Assembly: GCA_963806345.1 (NCBI GenBank)
Contig: CAWDXV010000022.1
Span: forward strand, 182,929-246,928
Length of the DNA stretch: 64,000 nucleotides
Source of the DNA: an uncultured Actinomycetota bacterium
GTDB lineage: Bacteria; Actinomycetota; Actinomycetes; Propionibacteriales; Nocardioidaceae
Direction: 5' to 3'
Below the pieces are notes generated by a model, which searched no databases, was not told the origin of the DNA, and saw only the letters and a program-made list of their open reading frames with translations. The stretch's first letter is position 1. Each line of letters begins with the position of its first letter. Shown one piece after another: positions 23,806 through 35,664 of the stretch. The position numbers were made by a program, and so were the translations under genes.

Positions 23806-24432
23806 CTACTCCGTGACGTCCAGGTGGATGACGCCGTAGTCGTATCCCTTGCGCAGGTAGACCACGCTGGGACGCATCGAGTCCTTCTCGAGGAACAGGT
23901 AGAAGTCGTGCCCGACGAGCTCCATCTCGTACATCGCCTGGTCAAGGGTCATCGGGGGCGCCTGGTGCGTCTTCTCGCGCACCACGATGGGGCAGTCGCC
24001 CTCGGCGTCGATCGGCGAGGACTGGCCCGTGGGGACGTCCTCGTCGGGCTCGTCGTCGGCCAGGCCCTCCAGCGGAAGCTCCGCGGCGGCCGTCGACAGT
24101 GACCTCGGGGCGTGCCGGCCGTGGTGGATCCGGCCACGGTCGACCGAGCGACGCAAGCGCGACTCGAGCTTGTCGATCGCCGCGTCGAGCGCGGAGTGCT
24201 GATCGGTGGAGGCGGCTTCGGCGCGTACGGCCGGGCCCCTGGAGCGCAACGTCATCTCGACCTTGGCCGCGGTCTCCTGCTGGCGGGGATTCTTCTCGTG
24301 CGTGACCTCGACCTCCACACGGCTGATCTTCTGGCGGGAGTCGTACTTCTCGAGCCGGAGAAGTTTTTCCTCGACGTGCTCGCGGAACCGCTCGGAGATC
24401 TCACTGTTGCGACCGTTGACGACAATTTCCAT
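23806..24432 (-). CDS. hpf: Ribosome hibernation promoting factor (long HPF/RaiA)
   Basis: MEIVVNGRN, HEKNPRQ, MTLDQAMYEMELVGHDFYLF, YLRKGYDYGVI. Confidence 0.95.
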   Translation of the reverse strand: MEIVVNGRNSEISERFREHVEEKLLRLEKYDSRQKISRVEVEVTHEKNPRQQETAAKVEMTLRSRGPAVRAEAASTDQHSALDAAIDKLESRLRRSVDRGRIHHGRHAPRSLSTAAAELPLEGLADDEPDEDVPTGQSSPIDAEGDCPIVVREKTHQAPPMTLDQAMYEMELVGHDFYLFLEKDSMRPSVVYLRKGYDYGVIHLDVTE

Positions 24433-24550
24433 GGGAACCCCTTGCCTCGGTGTCGCGCCCGAAATTCAGCGCAGCTTTCATGCCATACCTGTGACGTTAG
24501 ACCGCCCTCCAAGGAATCACCATAGGCGCCGACAAACTCATGACCGATGC

Positions 24551-25249
24551 TCAGGAATGTTCGTTGGAAATGCGAGGAGTCGCGGCGACCACCGCGATCC
24601 CGACCGGCCGGTGACGTGCCTCACTCAGTGCTCGTACGGCCTCCGAGACGGTTGCGCCGGTCGTCAGGATGTCGTCGACGACCACGACGTCGCGGCCGGC
24701 CAGGTGCCGGTCGGTGCGCAGCCTGAAGGCGCCGTCGAGGTTGCGGGCCCGCTCGGCCGCGCCGAGGCCGACCTGGTCGACCGTCACCCTGACCGGAGCG
24801 AGTGCCTGCACGACCTGCGCATCGACACCCACCTGGCGCAGCAGGCGCCCGGCCGAGCGGGTGAGCTCGTCGACGAGGTCGCAACCCCGCTCGCGCCTGC
24901 TGCGGCGCGACGTCGGAACCGGTACGAGCGCGACGGCGAGCCCGGGGCGTACGTGCTCGATGACCGCCGCCGCGAGCAGGTGGTCGAGCACCGAGGTCAA
25001 CCGGGTGTTGCCCGCCTCCTTCCACGCGACCAGCACCCGTCGCAGCACGTCTGCGTTGACGCCCGCGGCGACCGGTGGCACCCGCGTGGGGCGCCGCAAC
25101 ATGGCCGGGCACGGCTCAGGCCACGTGACGACCGGATCGGGGCTGATCGCGTCGCCGCACGTACGACAGACCGTCAGCGCCGGCCGGCCGCAGCCCGGGC
25201 ACTGGGCGCCGAGGAGCAGGTCCGCGGCCGGGATCAGGAGCTCACGCAT
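24551..25249 (-). CDS. comF: ComF family phosphoribosyltransferase-like competence protein
   Basis: CPGC..CRTC zinc motif, LVPVP..RRERG, VVVVDDILTTGATV. Confidence 0.9.
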   Translation of the reverse strand: MRELLIPAADLLLGAQCPGCGRPALTVCRTCGDAISPDPVVTWPEPCPAMLRRPTRVPPVAAGVNADVLRRVLVAWKEAGNTRLTSVLDHLLAAAVIEHVRPGLAVALVPVPTSRRSRRERGCDLVDELTRSAGRLLRQVGVDAQVVQALAPVRVTVDQVGLGAAERARNLDGAFRLRTDRHLAGRDVVVVDDILTTGATVSEAVRALSEARHRPVGIAVVAATPRISNEHS

Positions 25250-25308
25250 CCACCGAGCATCACCCGACGAGGCTCGCAGAGCACGCGGCCGGCCAGCGAC
25301 TGTGGACG

Positions 25309-27063
25309 TCAGCGGCCGTACGTCAGGCTTGTGAATCTGGAGTCGGCGAGCAGTCGCCACGACTCCCCCGGCGCCAGGAACCACAGCCGCTCGCGGGCGT
25401 CCACCGCATAGCGGTCAGGGGTCGGTCCGGTGCCGATCGCCAACGTGCCGGCATTGACGTCGGGCAGCAATGCACCGCCACGGGCCAGGCCACCGGACGT
25501 CGAGGACCCGTCGATCGTCGTGGTGTAGACCTGCCGCCCCGACTGGCTGTCGGCGAAATAGCTCAGCTCGGTCCCGGACGACCAGGTGACCGATCGCGGG
25601 GAGCGGGCCGTCGTGTAGACCCGCGACGCGTCGCCGAGCCCCAGGATGCGGTCCTGCGTGTCGCGCCTGACCCAGCCGATCCGGATCGACGCCCCGTCCG
25701 TGCCCTGCACCGTGGCGGCATAGCGCGAGCCGTCGGGTGACAGGTCGAAGGTCCGGACGTCGAGCCCGGCCAGGTTGCCGACCTCGAGCGTGCGGATCTG
25801 GTCGTCCGTCACGAGTCGCACGCGGGTCCGGGACCCTGGCCGGTCGACCAGCCACGCATGGCCGTCGCCGTCCCAGTGCGGCGTGATGAATCGCGAGCCC
25901 GCGAACGTACGCGCTGCGCCGCCCTTGCGGTCGGTGACCCGGACGACCCGGCGCCCGGGCAGCACACCGGCAACGCCGTCCTCCGACACGCCCACGGCCA
26001 CCGCCCCGCGCGCGTCCTTGCCCCAGGCCCCGCTGAGTCGCTTGATCCGGTCGCCGTCGATCTGCACGACCCTGTCGCCCCGCAGGGCGTAGGCGTGCCC
26101 GCGTGCGACGCTCGGCCCGTAGCCGCCCCAGGACGTGATGTCCTGCACCGCGGCGCCGCCGCCCGAGAGGACACCCGTAGAGCCGGCGAGGCGTACCGCG
26201 GTCACGTCACTGACCTGGCGCAGCGTCCACACGAGCTGGGCGGACAGATGGTTCTCGGCCGCCTCGCTCATCGCCGCGAAGTCGGCGTTGAACTCCACGT
26301 CGGCAACGCCCTGGTCGGACACCGGCACCGACGGCCGCAACGAGCTCAACGGAGGGACGTACGTGCGGACCGCGGCAGCCGTTGGCCCGGCCGGTCCCCT
26401 CGCGAGGCTGGTGACGAGACCGGTGGCGAGCTGGTCGCCGACCAGCACGTGGATCGGATCGGGCACGAGGCGCTGGCCGGGCCGGTCGAAGTTGTAGATG
26501 TTGAACGGCCGGAAGTAGTCGTCGAAGAACTTGCGGCTGACCAGGAGCCCGGCCTGCGGGTTCGCGATGCGCCACTCGCTGTCGACCCGTTCGAGCCGGT
26601 AGGTGACGGCCGCGGGGCGGCCCCGACGGGTGTAGTGGCCCTGCCGGTCGAGTCTGGCGTCCTCGACGAGACGGGTCTCGACGTCGACGGGGTTGCGGGC
26701 CTTGTCCGTCGTCTCGGCATCCTCGCCTGCAGCGAGGGTCGGCCCGGCGAGCCCGACCGAGGAGTAGACCCGCACCCCGGCGGACGGGCTCCACTGCTTG
26801 GCCCCCTCAGGGGTGAGGAACGCCGTGGCGGTGCCGGAGGACGCGGGATAGGCCAGCATCGCGTCGAGGTAGCCGCGCACGATCTCCCGGGGCGAGGCAC
26901 CTTCGGCCGGCCGGGCCGGCGTGTAGCGCACAGTGCTCTCGCCGAGTCCGCCGTCGTCGGCGACCTTGGTCACCGGGCCCGACGACGGGATGCCCGCGCA
27001 CGCCGACAGCGCGAGGAGGGTGCCGACGGCCAGCGCTGCGCAGCGTACGGTCCGGGTTTTCAT
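25309..27063 (-). CDS. lpqB: Lipoprotein LpqB (GerMN + beta-propeller)
   Basis: Lipobox LSAC; directly downstream of mtrAB; WRI, LVPDP, AQLVWTL motifs. Confidence 0.88.
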   Translation of the reverse strand: MKTRTVRCAALAVGTLLALSACAGIPSSGPVTKVADDGGLGESTVRYTPARPAEGASPREIVRGYLDAMLAYPASSGTATAFLTPEGAKQWSPSAGVRVYSSVGLAGPTLAAGEDAETTDKARNPVDVETRLVEDARLDRQGHYTRRGRPAAVTYRLERVDSEWRIANPQAGLLVSRKFFDDYFRPFNIYNFDRPGQRLVPDPIHVLVGDQLATGLVTSLARGPAGPTAAAVRTYVPPLSSLRPSVPVSDQGVADVEFNADFAAMSEAAENHLSAQLVWTLRQVSDVTAVRLAGSTGVLSGGGAAVQDITSWGGYGPSVARGHAYALRGDRVVQIDGDRIKRLSGAWGKDARGAVAVGVSEDGVAGVLPGRRVVRVTDRKGGAARTFAGSRFITPHWDGDGHAWLVDRPGSRTRVRLVTDDQIRTLEVGNLAGLDVRTFDLSPDGSRYAATVQGTDGASIRIGWVRRDTQDRILGLGDASRVYTTARSPRSVTWSSGTELSYFADSQSGRQVYTTTIDGSSTSGGLARGGALLPDVNAGTLAIGTGPTPDRYAVDARERLWFLAPGESWRLLADSRFTSLTYGR

Positions 27064-28589
27064 GCGAACACCGAGACGATGGCGGGGAACTTGGCGGTGC
27101 CCTCAGGCTTCGGGATCGTGAGGACGAACTCGCTGCCCTCGCCCGGCCGGCCCCAGGCCTGCAGCGTCCCGCCGTGCAGCGCCGCATCCTCGCGGGAGAT
27201 CGCGAGGCCGAGCCCCGTGCCGCCCTGCGTACGTGCGGGATCGGCGCGCCAGAACCGGTCGAAGACGCGGAGGTTCTCATCACCGGACAGACCGACGCCG
27301 AAGTCGCGCACGGCGAGCGAGACGCAGTGCTCGTTCTGGGCGACCTCGATCTCGACGCGTGGCGAGCCGCTGTACTTCGCGGCGTTCGTCAGCAGGTTGC
27401 GCACGATCCGGTCGATCCGCCGGATGTCGGCCTCGACGATCGCCGGCTCGTCGACACCCAGGAGGCGTACGTCGATGCCCTTGCGCGCCAGCATCGTGTC
27501 GTCCGCGGACTGCTTCGCGACCTGGCTGAGGTCGATCGTGTCGAGCTCGAGCTTGGCGGCGCCGGCGTCGAACCGGCTCAGGTCGAGCAGGTCCGAGAGC
27601 AGCGACTCGAACCGGTCGAGCTCGCCCTTGAGCAGCTCGGCCGATCGCGCGGTCTGCGGGTCGAACCGGTCGCGTGAGTCGTAGAGCACCTCGCTGGCCA
27701 TCTGCACGGTCGTGAGCGGGGTGCGGAGCTCGTGCGAGACGTCCGAGACGAAGCGTTGCTGCAGCCGCGAGAGGTTCTCCAGGCGACGGATCTGGTTCTG
27801 CAGGCTCGCTGCCATCTGGTTGAACGACGAGCTCAGGCGGGCGATGTCGTCCTCGCCGCTGACGTGCATGCGCTGCTCCAGGTTGCCGCTGGCGTAGCGC
27901 TCGGCGATGCGACGCGCGAGACGTACGGGATCGAGCACCTGCCGGGAGACGAGCCAGGCGACCCCGCCGACCATCAGGACCATCGCCAGGCCGCCCAGCA
28001 GCAGCGCCCGGCGCACGAGGTCGAGGGTCTCCTGCTGGTCCTCCATCGAGAACAGGTAGTACAGCGCGTACGTGTCGCCCGTGCCGGGCGCGCGCAGCTG
28101 GCTGCCGACCACCACAGCAGGATCCGCGCCCGACGAGCCGAGCAGGGCGAGGTCGGAGTAGCGCCAGTACGTGCCCGGCTTGTCCCTGACGGCCCGGTCG
28201 AGGTCTGACGGGAGGGAGCCGGGCTCGATCGCGGCCGACGAGCGTACGGGGACCTCACCGCCGCCGGTCAGCAACGGGCCCTCGAGCACCAGCTCGTACG
28301 TACGCTTGGCGCCGCGCGAGCTCGTGAGCGAGTCGACCATCTGGGTCAGGGCCTGCGACTGGGTCGCCGGCTCGGTCTCGACCGTCGCGTCGAGCTGGGT
28401 CTGCGCGTAGTCGAAGCCCGAACGCGCCTCGGAGATCGCCGCGACCCGCCGGCTGTCGGCGAGGCCGCCGGCCACGTCTCGCAGCAGGGCCCAGCCGGTC
28501 AGCGAGATCACGAGCGCGCTCAGCACGATCGTGCTCGTCACGACGCGGGCCTGGATCGACCGACGCCAGATGCGCGTCAGGCGCCGCAT
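27060..28589 (-). CDS. mtrB: Sensor histidine kinase MtrB
   Basis: WRRSIQARVV, QQRFVSDVSHELRTPLTTV, RFWRADPAR..GGTGLGLAISREDA; mtrA-mtrB-lpqB order. Confidence 0.93.
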   Translation of the reverse strand: MRRLTRIWRRSIQARVVTSTIVLSALVISLTGWALLRDVAGGLADSRRVAAISEARSGFDYAQTQLDATVETEPATQSQALTQMVDSLTSSRGAKRTYELVLEGPLLTGGGEVPVRSSAAIEPGSLPSDLDRAVRDKPGTYWRYSDLALLGSSGADPAVVVGSQLRAPGTGDTYALYYLFSMEDQQETLDLVRRALLLGGLAMVLMVGGVAWLVSRQVLDPVRLARRIAERYASGNLEQRMHVSGEDDIARLSSSFNQMAASLQNQIRRLENLSRLQQRFVSDVSHELRTPLTTVQMASEVLYDSRDRFDPQTARSAELLKGELDRFESLLSDLLDLSRFDAGAAKLELDTIDLSQVAKQSADDTMLARKGIDVRLLGVDEPAIVEADIRRIDRIVRNLLTNAAKYSGSPRVEIEVAQNEHCVSLAVRDFGVGLSGDENLRVFDRFWRADPARTQGGTGLGLAISREDAALHGGTLQAWGRPGEGSEFVLTIPKPEGTAKFPAIVSVFA

Positions 28590-28617
28590 CGAGCACCGCC
28601 GGAGGGGCGTTGCCGGG

Positions 28618-29316
28618 TCATGCCGGCGGCGTGATCGCCTGGTAGCCGACGCCACGCACGGTGCGGATGATCTGCGGGTTCTCGGCGTCGTCCTCGATCT
28701 TCGACCTGAGGCGGGTCATGTGGACGTTGACGAGCTTGGTGTCGCCGGGGTGGTGGTAGCCCCAGACCTTCTGCAGAAGCGTCTCGCGGGTGAAGACCTG
28801 CGCCGGGTCGCTGAGCAGGCAGGCCAGCAGGTCGAACTCCAGCGGGGTGAGCTCGAGCGGCTCGCCCTTGCGGGTCACGGTGTGACCGGCCGGGTCGAGC
28901 ACGATGTCGCCGAACACGAGCGGCTCGGCGAGCGTGTCCGAGCGCCGCAGCCGGGCCCGGATCCGGGCCACGAGCTCGGTGTTCTTGAACGGCTTGGTGA
29001 TGTAGTCGTCCGCGCCGGCCTCGAGGCCCGCGACGACGTCAGGGGTGTCCGACTTGGCCGTCAGCATGATGATCGGGACGGCCGACTTCTCACGGATCTG
29101 CCGGCACACGCTCATGCCGTCGAGGCCCGGAAGCATCAGGTCGAGCAGGACCACGTCGGGCTTGAACTGGCCGAACGCCGCCATGACCCGGTCACCCGAG
29201 CGGCACACCGCAGCGGTCAGACCCTCGCCCTCGAGCACGATCGTGAGCATCTCGGCGAGCGAGGCGTCATCATCGACGACGAGCACGCGATCACGCTTCG
29301 TACGTCGATAGCTCAT
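28618..29316 (-). CDS. mtrA: Response regulator MtrA
   Basis: RVLVVDDDASLAEMLTIVL, LTPLEFDLL, VWGY..DTKLVNVH; synteny. Confidence 0.92.
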   Translation of the reverse strand: MSYRRTKRDRVLVVDDDASLAEMLTIVLEGEGLTAAVCRSGDRVMAAFGQFKPDVVLLDLMLPGLDGMSVCRQIREKSAVPIIMLTAKSDTPDVVAGLEAGADDYITKPFKNTELVARIRARLRRSDTLAEPLVFGDIVLDPAGHTVTRKGEPLELTPLEFDLLACLLSDPAQVFTRETLLQKVWGYHHPGDTKLVNVHMTRLRSKIEDDAENPQIIRTVRGVGYQAITPPA

Positions 29317-29373
29317 GCGGCCCTCTCCACCAAGAAACCCACCATACGGAGACGGCCGCATGAACCCAGCCAC

Positions 29374-29399
29374 ATGACTCGCTCGCTGCGCTCGCTCAT
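29374..29399. repeat. Short REP-like palindromic element
   Basis: ATGACTCGCTCGCTGCGCTCGCTCAT. Confidence 0.55.
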
Positions 29400-29430
29400 G
29401 CGTAGATGATACGGAGCCGGGAACAGCAAC

Positions 29431-29458
29431 GGGCGCCAGATGCGAACACCTGACGCCC
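29431..29458 (-). terminator. Probable intrinsic terminator of ahcY
   Basis: GGGCGTCAGG..TCTGGCGCCC stem followed by GTTGCTGTT on the minus strand. Confidence 0.6.
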
Positions 29459-29481
29459 GGAGCTGTGTGCCGTGCGGTGAC

Positions 29482-30909
<1,428 letters not shown>

Positions 30910-31073
30910 GGTCGACAGCGTACCGGCGGGTAGTCGCCCGCACCGAATCGACGGGCACATGTGAGCGAATCGACAACGGACGACCCCGACTTTCGCACTC
31001 CTGCGGACGGGCGTACGGTGTGCGAGGGGCTGTGACGGGGGTCACGGTCTGACCGATCTTGGGGGTCACGTCA

Positions 31074-31334
31074 ATGCCAGAACACACACCGCCCGGCAAG
31101 GGTCCATTGATCGTTGCGGGGGTGGCGCTGGCAGTAGCCATCGTCGTCCCGCTGCTCGTCTGGACGTACGCCAAGGCCGACCCCGAGCTGTGGGGCATCC
31201 CGTTCTTCTTCTGGTACCAGTTCCTGCTCGTGATCGGGTCGGTCGTGCTGACGTCGATCGCCTACAGGCTCGTCATCGGGCACGAGCGGCAGCGCCGGCT
31301 CGCTGAAGGCCGCACGAACGGGGACCAGCGATGA
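31074..31334 (+). CDS. DUF3311 small membrane protein (symporter accessory)
   Basis: LWGIPFFFWYQ motif; overlaps symporter start. Confidence 0.85.
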   Translation: MPEHTPPGKGPLIVAGVALAVAIVVPLLVWTYAKADPELWGIPFFFWYQFLLVIGSVVLTSIAYRLVIGHERQRRLAEGRTNGDQR

Positions 31335-33001
31335 ACGACGTCGATCCGGTCTCCCTCAGCATCTTCCTGTTCTTCTTCCTGCTCGTCACGGTCCTGGGCT
31401 TCCTCGCCGCACGGTGGCGCAAGGCCGAGACGCTCGACAACCTCGACGAGTGGGGGCTCGGCGGACGCAGCTTCGGCACGTTCATCGCCTGGTTCCTGAT
31501 CGGCGGCGACATCTACACGGCCTACACGTTCATCGCCGTGCCGGCGCTGCTGTATGCCGGCAACGCCACGGGATTCTTCGCCGTGCCCTACACGATCATC
31601 CTCTACCCGATCATCTTCATCTTCCTGCCGCGGCTGTGGTCGGTCTCGCACCGCCGGGCGTACGTCACGCCGGCCGACTTCGTGCAGGGCCGGTTCGACT
31701 CGCGCGGCCTGTCGCTTGCGATCGCGTTCACCGGCATCCTCGCGACGCTCCCCTACATCGCGCTGCAGCTCGTCGGCATCCAGGCGGTGCTCGACGTCAT
31801 GGGGCTCGGCGGCGGCGAGGACGCCAGCTGGTTCCGCAAGGACATCCCGCTGTTCGTCGCGTTCGCGCTCCTGGCGGCCTACACGTACTCGTCAGGACTG
31901 CGGGCACCCGCGCTGATCGCGTTCGTCAAGGACACGCTGATCTACCTCGTCATCATCGTCGCGGTGATCTACCTCCCGACCCAGCTCGGCGGCTGGAGCG
32001 GCATCTTCGACTCGGCCGGCAAGGCGTTCGACTCGTTCAACAAGGACAGCGCCGACGCCATCGCCGCCGGCGAGGCCAGGCCCAAGGGACTGATCCCGGG
32101 ACTCGGCGTGTCCCAGTGGGCGTACGCCACGCTGTCGCTCGGCTCGGCGCTGGCGCTGTTCATGTATCCGCACTCGGTGACCGCGGTGCTGTCGACCAAG
32201 AACCGCAACATCATCCGCCGCAACGCGGCGCTGCTGCCGGCGTACTCGTTCCTGCTGGGCCTCCTGGCGCTGCTCGGCATCGCCGCGGTCGCCGCCGGCA
32301 TCCAGGTCAAGAACCCGCAGCTGGCCATCCCGCAGCTGTTCGAGCAGGAGTTCTCGCCGTGGTTCGCCGGCGTCGCGTTCGCCGCGATCGTGATCGGCGC
32401 GTTCGTGCCGGCCGCGATCATGTCGATCGCCGCGGCCAACCTGTGGACCCGCAACATCTACAAGGCGTTCCTCAACCCGGACGCGACGGATGCGCAGGAG
32501 GCCAAGCAGAGCAAGCTCGCCAGCCTGCTCGTGAAGTTCGGCGCGCTGCTGTTCGTGCTGGCGCTGCCCAAGGACTTCGCGATCAACCTGCAGCTGCTCG
32601 GTGGCATCTGGATCCTGCAGACGCTCCCGGCGATCGTCATCGGCCTCTACACGCGGTGGTTCCACCGGTACGCGTTGATCGCCGGCTGGGCGGTCGGCAT
32701 GGTGTGGGGCACGATCGCGGCCTACAACACGCCCGTGGTCGGCGACCCCGGCTCGCACTTCGGTGGCTCGGTCGCTCCTCTTGAGGTGCTCGGCATCAAC
32801 CTGAGCGACAACCTCATCTACTTCGGGCTGACCGCGCTGGTGCTCAACCTGCTGGTCGCGGCCGTCGGCACGGTCGTGTGCCAGGCACTCGGCATCGATG
32901 CCGGCACGGACGACACGCACCCGACGGACTACCTGGCCGACGCCGGGGACCCCGAGGTCGTCGACCGGCTCGACCCGCTGTCCACCCCACCCGTCGACTA
33001 G
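31331..33001 (+). CDS. Sodium:solute symporter (MctP-like monocarboxylate permease)
   Basis: EWGLGGRSFG..GGDIYTAYTF, YIALQLVG, ALFMYPH, PAAIMSIAAANL. Confidence 0.9.
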   Translation: MNDVDPVSLSIFLFFFLLVTVLGFLAARWRKAETLDNLDEWGLGGRSFGTFIAWFLIGGDIYTAYTFIAVPALLYAGNATGFFAVPYTIILYPIIFIFLPRLWSVSHRRAYVTPADFVQGRFDSRGLSLAIAFTGILATLPYIALQLVGIQAVLDVMGLGGGEDASWFRKDIPLFVAFALLAAYTYSSGLRAPALIAFVKDTLIYLVIIVAVIYLPTQLGGWSGIFDSAGKAFDSFNKDSADAIAAGEARPKGLIPGLGVSQWAYATLSLGSALALFMYPHSVTAVLSTKNRNIIRRNAALLPAYSFLLGLLALLGIAAVAAGIQVKNPQLAIPQLFEQEFSPWFAGVAFAAIVIGAFVPAAIMSIAAANLWTRNIYKAFLNPDATDAQEAKQSKLASLLVKFGALLFVLALPKDFAINLQLLGGIWILQTLPAIVIGLYTRWFHRYALIAGWAVGMVWGTIAAYNTPVVGDPGSHFGGSVAPLEVLGINLSDNLIYFGLTALVLNLLVAAVGTVVCQALGIDAGTDDTHPTDYLADAGDPEVVDRLDPLSTPPVD

Positions 33002-33005
33002 CCCT

Positions 33006-33071
33006 CCGCGATTTGGCGGCTGGACCACCACCAATCACCTGACCGGTGGTGGTCTGTCCGCCAAATCGCGG
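33006..33071. repeat. 66-bp long inverted repeat between convergent genes (REP-like/bidirectional terminator)
   Basis: CCGCGATTTGGCGG..GACCACCACC-loop-GGTGGTGGTC..CCGCCAAATCGCGG. Confidence 0.85.
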
Positions 33072-33080
33072 CGCATCTGG

Positions 33081-34061
33081 TCAGTGGCTGGGAGCGCTCG
33101 GGGCCTCGGGGCGCGCGTCCGGGACGTGGTCGGCGCGGAACACGTCGGGCTCGATGTAGACCTGCTGGGCCATCGGCTCGGCGGCGCGCACGTTGCGCTC
33201 GGCTGCGTCGATGACCTCGGCGATGCCCGCACCGGTCGCATCGGCCTCGATGCCGATCTTGACCGCGACGAGCAGCTCCTCGGGCGCGATGTGCAGCGTC
33301 TTCATGTGGATGATCTGGGTGACGCCGGGCGTCGACTCGATCGCCGTGCGCATCCGTGCGATGGAGTCCTTGCCGGCCGACTCGCCGATCAGCAGGCTCT
33401 TGACCTCGATCGCGAGCACGATGGCGACGACGATCAGCAGCACGCCGATGAAGCCGGTGCCGACGACGTCGAAGTACGCGTTGTCGGTGATCAGCGACAG
33501 GCTCACCGCGAGGAACGCCGCGACGAGTCCGACCAGTGCGGCGAAGTCCTCGAGCAGGATGACCGGGAGCTCCGGCGACTTCGCCCGGCGGATGAACGAC
33601 CACCAGCTCTGCTCACCGCGCACCTTGTTGCCCTCGACGATCGCGGTGCGGAACGACAGCGACTCCAGGACGATCGCGATGCCCAGCACCACCAGCGGCA
33701 CGAGACGCCACTTGCTGTCGAGTCCGGCGTCGTGACCCTCATGGATCTCGTGCCACTTGTGATAGGCCTCGTAGAGCGCGAACAGGCCGCCGACGCTGAA
33801 CAGCACGATCGACACCACGAACGCATAGATGTAGCGCTCCCGGCCGAACCCGAACGGGTGCTCCTCGGTCGCCTCACGCTGCGAGCGCTTGCCGCCGACG
33901 AGCAGGAGCACCTGGTTGCCGGAGTCGGCCAACGAGTGGATCGACTCGGCCAGCATCGAGGAGAACCCCGTCAGCAGGAACGCGATGAACTTGGTGATCG
34001 CGATGCCGGTGTTGGCCAGGAGCGCAGCGATGACCGCCTTGTTGCCGCCTTCAGTCGACAT
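33081..34061 (-). CDS. Cation diffusion facilitator family transporter
   Basis: MLAESIHSLADSGNQ, HPFGFGRERY, LLEDFAAL, YIEPD. Confidence 0.93.
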   Translation of the reverse strand: MSTEGGNKAVIAALLANTGIAITKFIAFLLTGFSSMLAESIHSLADSGNQVLLLVGGKRSQREATEEHPFGFGRERYIYAFVVSIVLFSVGGLFALYEAYHKWHEIHEGHDAGLDSKWRLVPLVVLGIAIVLESLSFRTAIVEGNKVRGEQSWWSFIRRAKSPELPVILLEDFAALVGLVAAFLAVSLSLITDNAYFDVVGTGFIGVLLIVVAIVLAIEVKSLLIGESAGKDSIARMRTAIESTPGVTQIIHMKTLHIAPEELLVAVKIGIEADATGAGIAEVIDAAERNVRAAEPMAQQVYIEPDVFRADHVPDARPEAPSAPSH

Positions 34062-34066
34062 GCGGC

Positions 34067-34234
34067 CTAGATGCTCCGGGCCTCGTCGACGAGCATCACG
34101 GGGATGTCTCGGCGGACCGGGTAGGCCAGGGAGCAGGCGGTGCAGACGAGCTCGCTGGCCTCGTCGTCGACCGCCAGGGTGGCCCGGCACTGCGGGCAGA
34201 CCAGGATCTCGAGCAGGGCGGGGTCAAGATTCAT
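34067..34234 (-). CDS. Trm112 family protein
   Basis: [26 protein letters not shown]. Confidence 0.9.
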   Translation of the reverse strand: MNLDPALLEILVCPQCRATLAVDDEASELVCTACSLAYPVRRDIPVMLVDEARSI

Positions 34235-34245
34235 GTGGAGCAGCC

Positions 34246-35628
34246 TCACCTAGCTCCCAGCTGGGCGGCCTCGCCGCGGATCACCGCGAGGACCTCATCG
34301 CGCACGCGGGCCATGGTCTCCTCGTCGTCGCCCTCGACGTTGAGCCGCAGCAACGGCTCGGTGTTGGACGCCCGAACGTTGAACCACCACTGGTCGCTCG
34401 TGACCGTCAGGCCGTCGAGGGTGTCCTGCGGCAGGTCGGCGTACGTCTTGGCGAGCTCCGCGAGGATGGCCGGGCCGTCGTCGACCGTGCTGTTGATCTC
34501 GCCCGAGGCGACGTAGCGCTCGTACTGCGCCATGAGCTCCGACACCGTGCCGTCGGTCTCGGCGAGCGCCGCCATGACGTGCAACGCGGCGATCATGCCG
34601 GAGTCGGCGAGGAAGAAGTCCTTGAAGTAGAAGTGTCCCGAGTGCTCGCCGCCGAACACCGCGCCGGTGCGCGCCATCTCGGCCTTGATCAGCGAGTGGC
34701 CCACGGGCGTACGCACGGCGGTGCCGCCGTTCTCGACGATGATCTCCGGCACGGCCTTGGACGTGATGACGTTGTGCAGGATCGTCGCGCCCGGCGTCGT
34801 GAGCAGCGCACGCGAGGCGATGAGCGCGGTGATCGCGGACGGCGAGACGACGTCGCCGCGCTCGTCGACGACGAAGCAGCGGTCGGCGTCGCCGTCGAAG
34901 GCCAGCCCGATGTCGGCGCCGGTCTCGCGCACCTTGGCCTGCAGGTCGACCAGCGTGCTGTGGTCGAGCGGGTTGGCGTCGTGGTTGGGGAACGTGCCGT
35001 CGAGCTCGAAGTACATCGGCGTCAGCTCGACGTTGAGCGTCGCGAACACCGACGGTACGGTGTGGCCGGCCATGCCGTTGCCGGCGTCGGCGACGACCTT
35101 GAGCCGCCGGCGATCGGGGATCGGCACGATCTGGTGCAGGTAGGCGGCGTAGCGGCTCAGCGCGTCGAGCTCCTCGTACGTCCCGGTCGGCTCGGGCAGC
35201 TCGGTGCGGGCCAGGAACTCGGTGGCCTGCTCCGCGATCGCCGAGAGCCCGGTGTCGTAGCCGATCGGCTTGGCGCCGGCGCGGCACAGCTTGATGCCGT
35301 TGTAGGCCGCCGGGTTGTGGCTCGCGGTGATCATGGCACCGGGCAGGTCGAGGTCGCCCGAGGCGAAGTAGAGCAGGTCGGTCGACGCCAGGCCGATGCC
35401 GATGACGTTGCCGCCCTGCGCGCGTACGCCGTCGGAGAACGCCTCGACGAGGAGCGGCGACGTGTCGCGCATGTCGTGGCCGATGACGGCGGTGCCGCCG
35501 CCGGCCACGCCGGTCTCGAGGGCGAACGCCTCGCCGAGGGCACGGGTCAGGGCAGGGTCGAGCTGTTCGGGCGAGCGGCCGCGTACGTCGTACGCCTTGA
35601 CCACCTCCGCCAGACGGGGGTCGATCAA
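34246..35628 (-). CDS. manB: Phosphomannomutase/phosphoglucomutase
   Basis: KAYDVRG, TASHNP, DGDADR, GEHSGH, RASNTEP. Confidence 0.95.
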   Translation of the reverse strand: MIDPRLAEVVKAYDVRGRSPEQLDPALTRALGEAFALETGVAGGGTAVIGHDMRDTSPLLVEAFSDGVRAQGGNVIGIGLASTDLLYFASGDLDLPGAMITASHNPAAYNGIKLCRAGAKPIGYDTGLSAIAEQATEFLARTELPEPTGTYEELDALSRYAAYLHQIVPIPDRRRLKVVADAGNGMAGHTVPSVFATLNVELTPMYFELDGTFPNHDANPLDHSTLVDLQAKVRETGADIGLAFDGDADRCFVVDERGDVVSPSAITALIASRALLTTPGATILHNVITSKAVPEIIVENGGTAVRTPVGHSLIKAEMARTGAVFGGEHSGHFYFKDFFLADSGMIAALHVMAALAETDGTVSELMAQYERYVASGEINSTVDDGPAILAELAKTYADLPQDTLDGLTVTSDQWWFNVRASNTEPLLRLNVEGDDEETMARVRDEVLAVIRGEAAQLGAR

Positions 35629-35664
35629 GATTCAGGCCTCACGAGTCGAAGGGCGGGTGGTCCA

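Noticed and set aside
24433-24550. raiA-motif ncRNA, which often lies between comF and hpf/raiA
   Set aside because: The gap is only ~118 bp and I see none of the motif's conserved sequence; an Infernal search would settle it.
30910-31073. SAH riboswitch upstream of ahcY
   Set aside because: No recognisable GAGGAGCGC..CAGGCTC..AACGnCGCTC core; ahcY looks leaderless (TACGCT 6 nt before the ATG).
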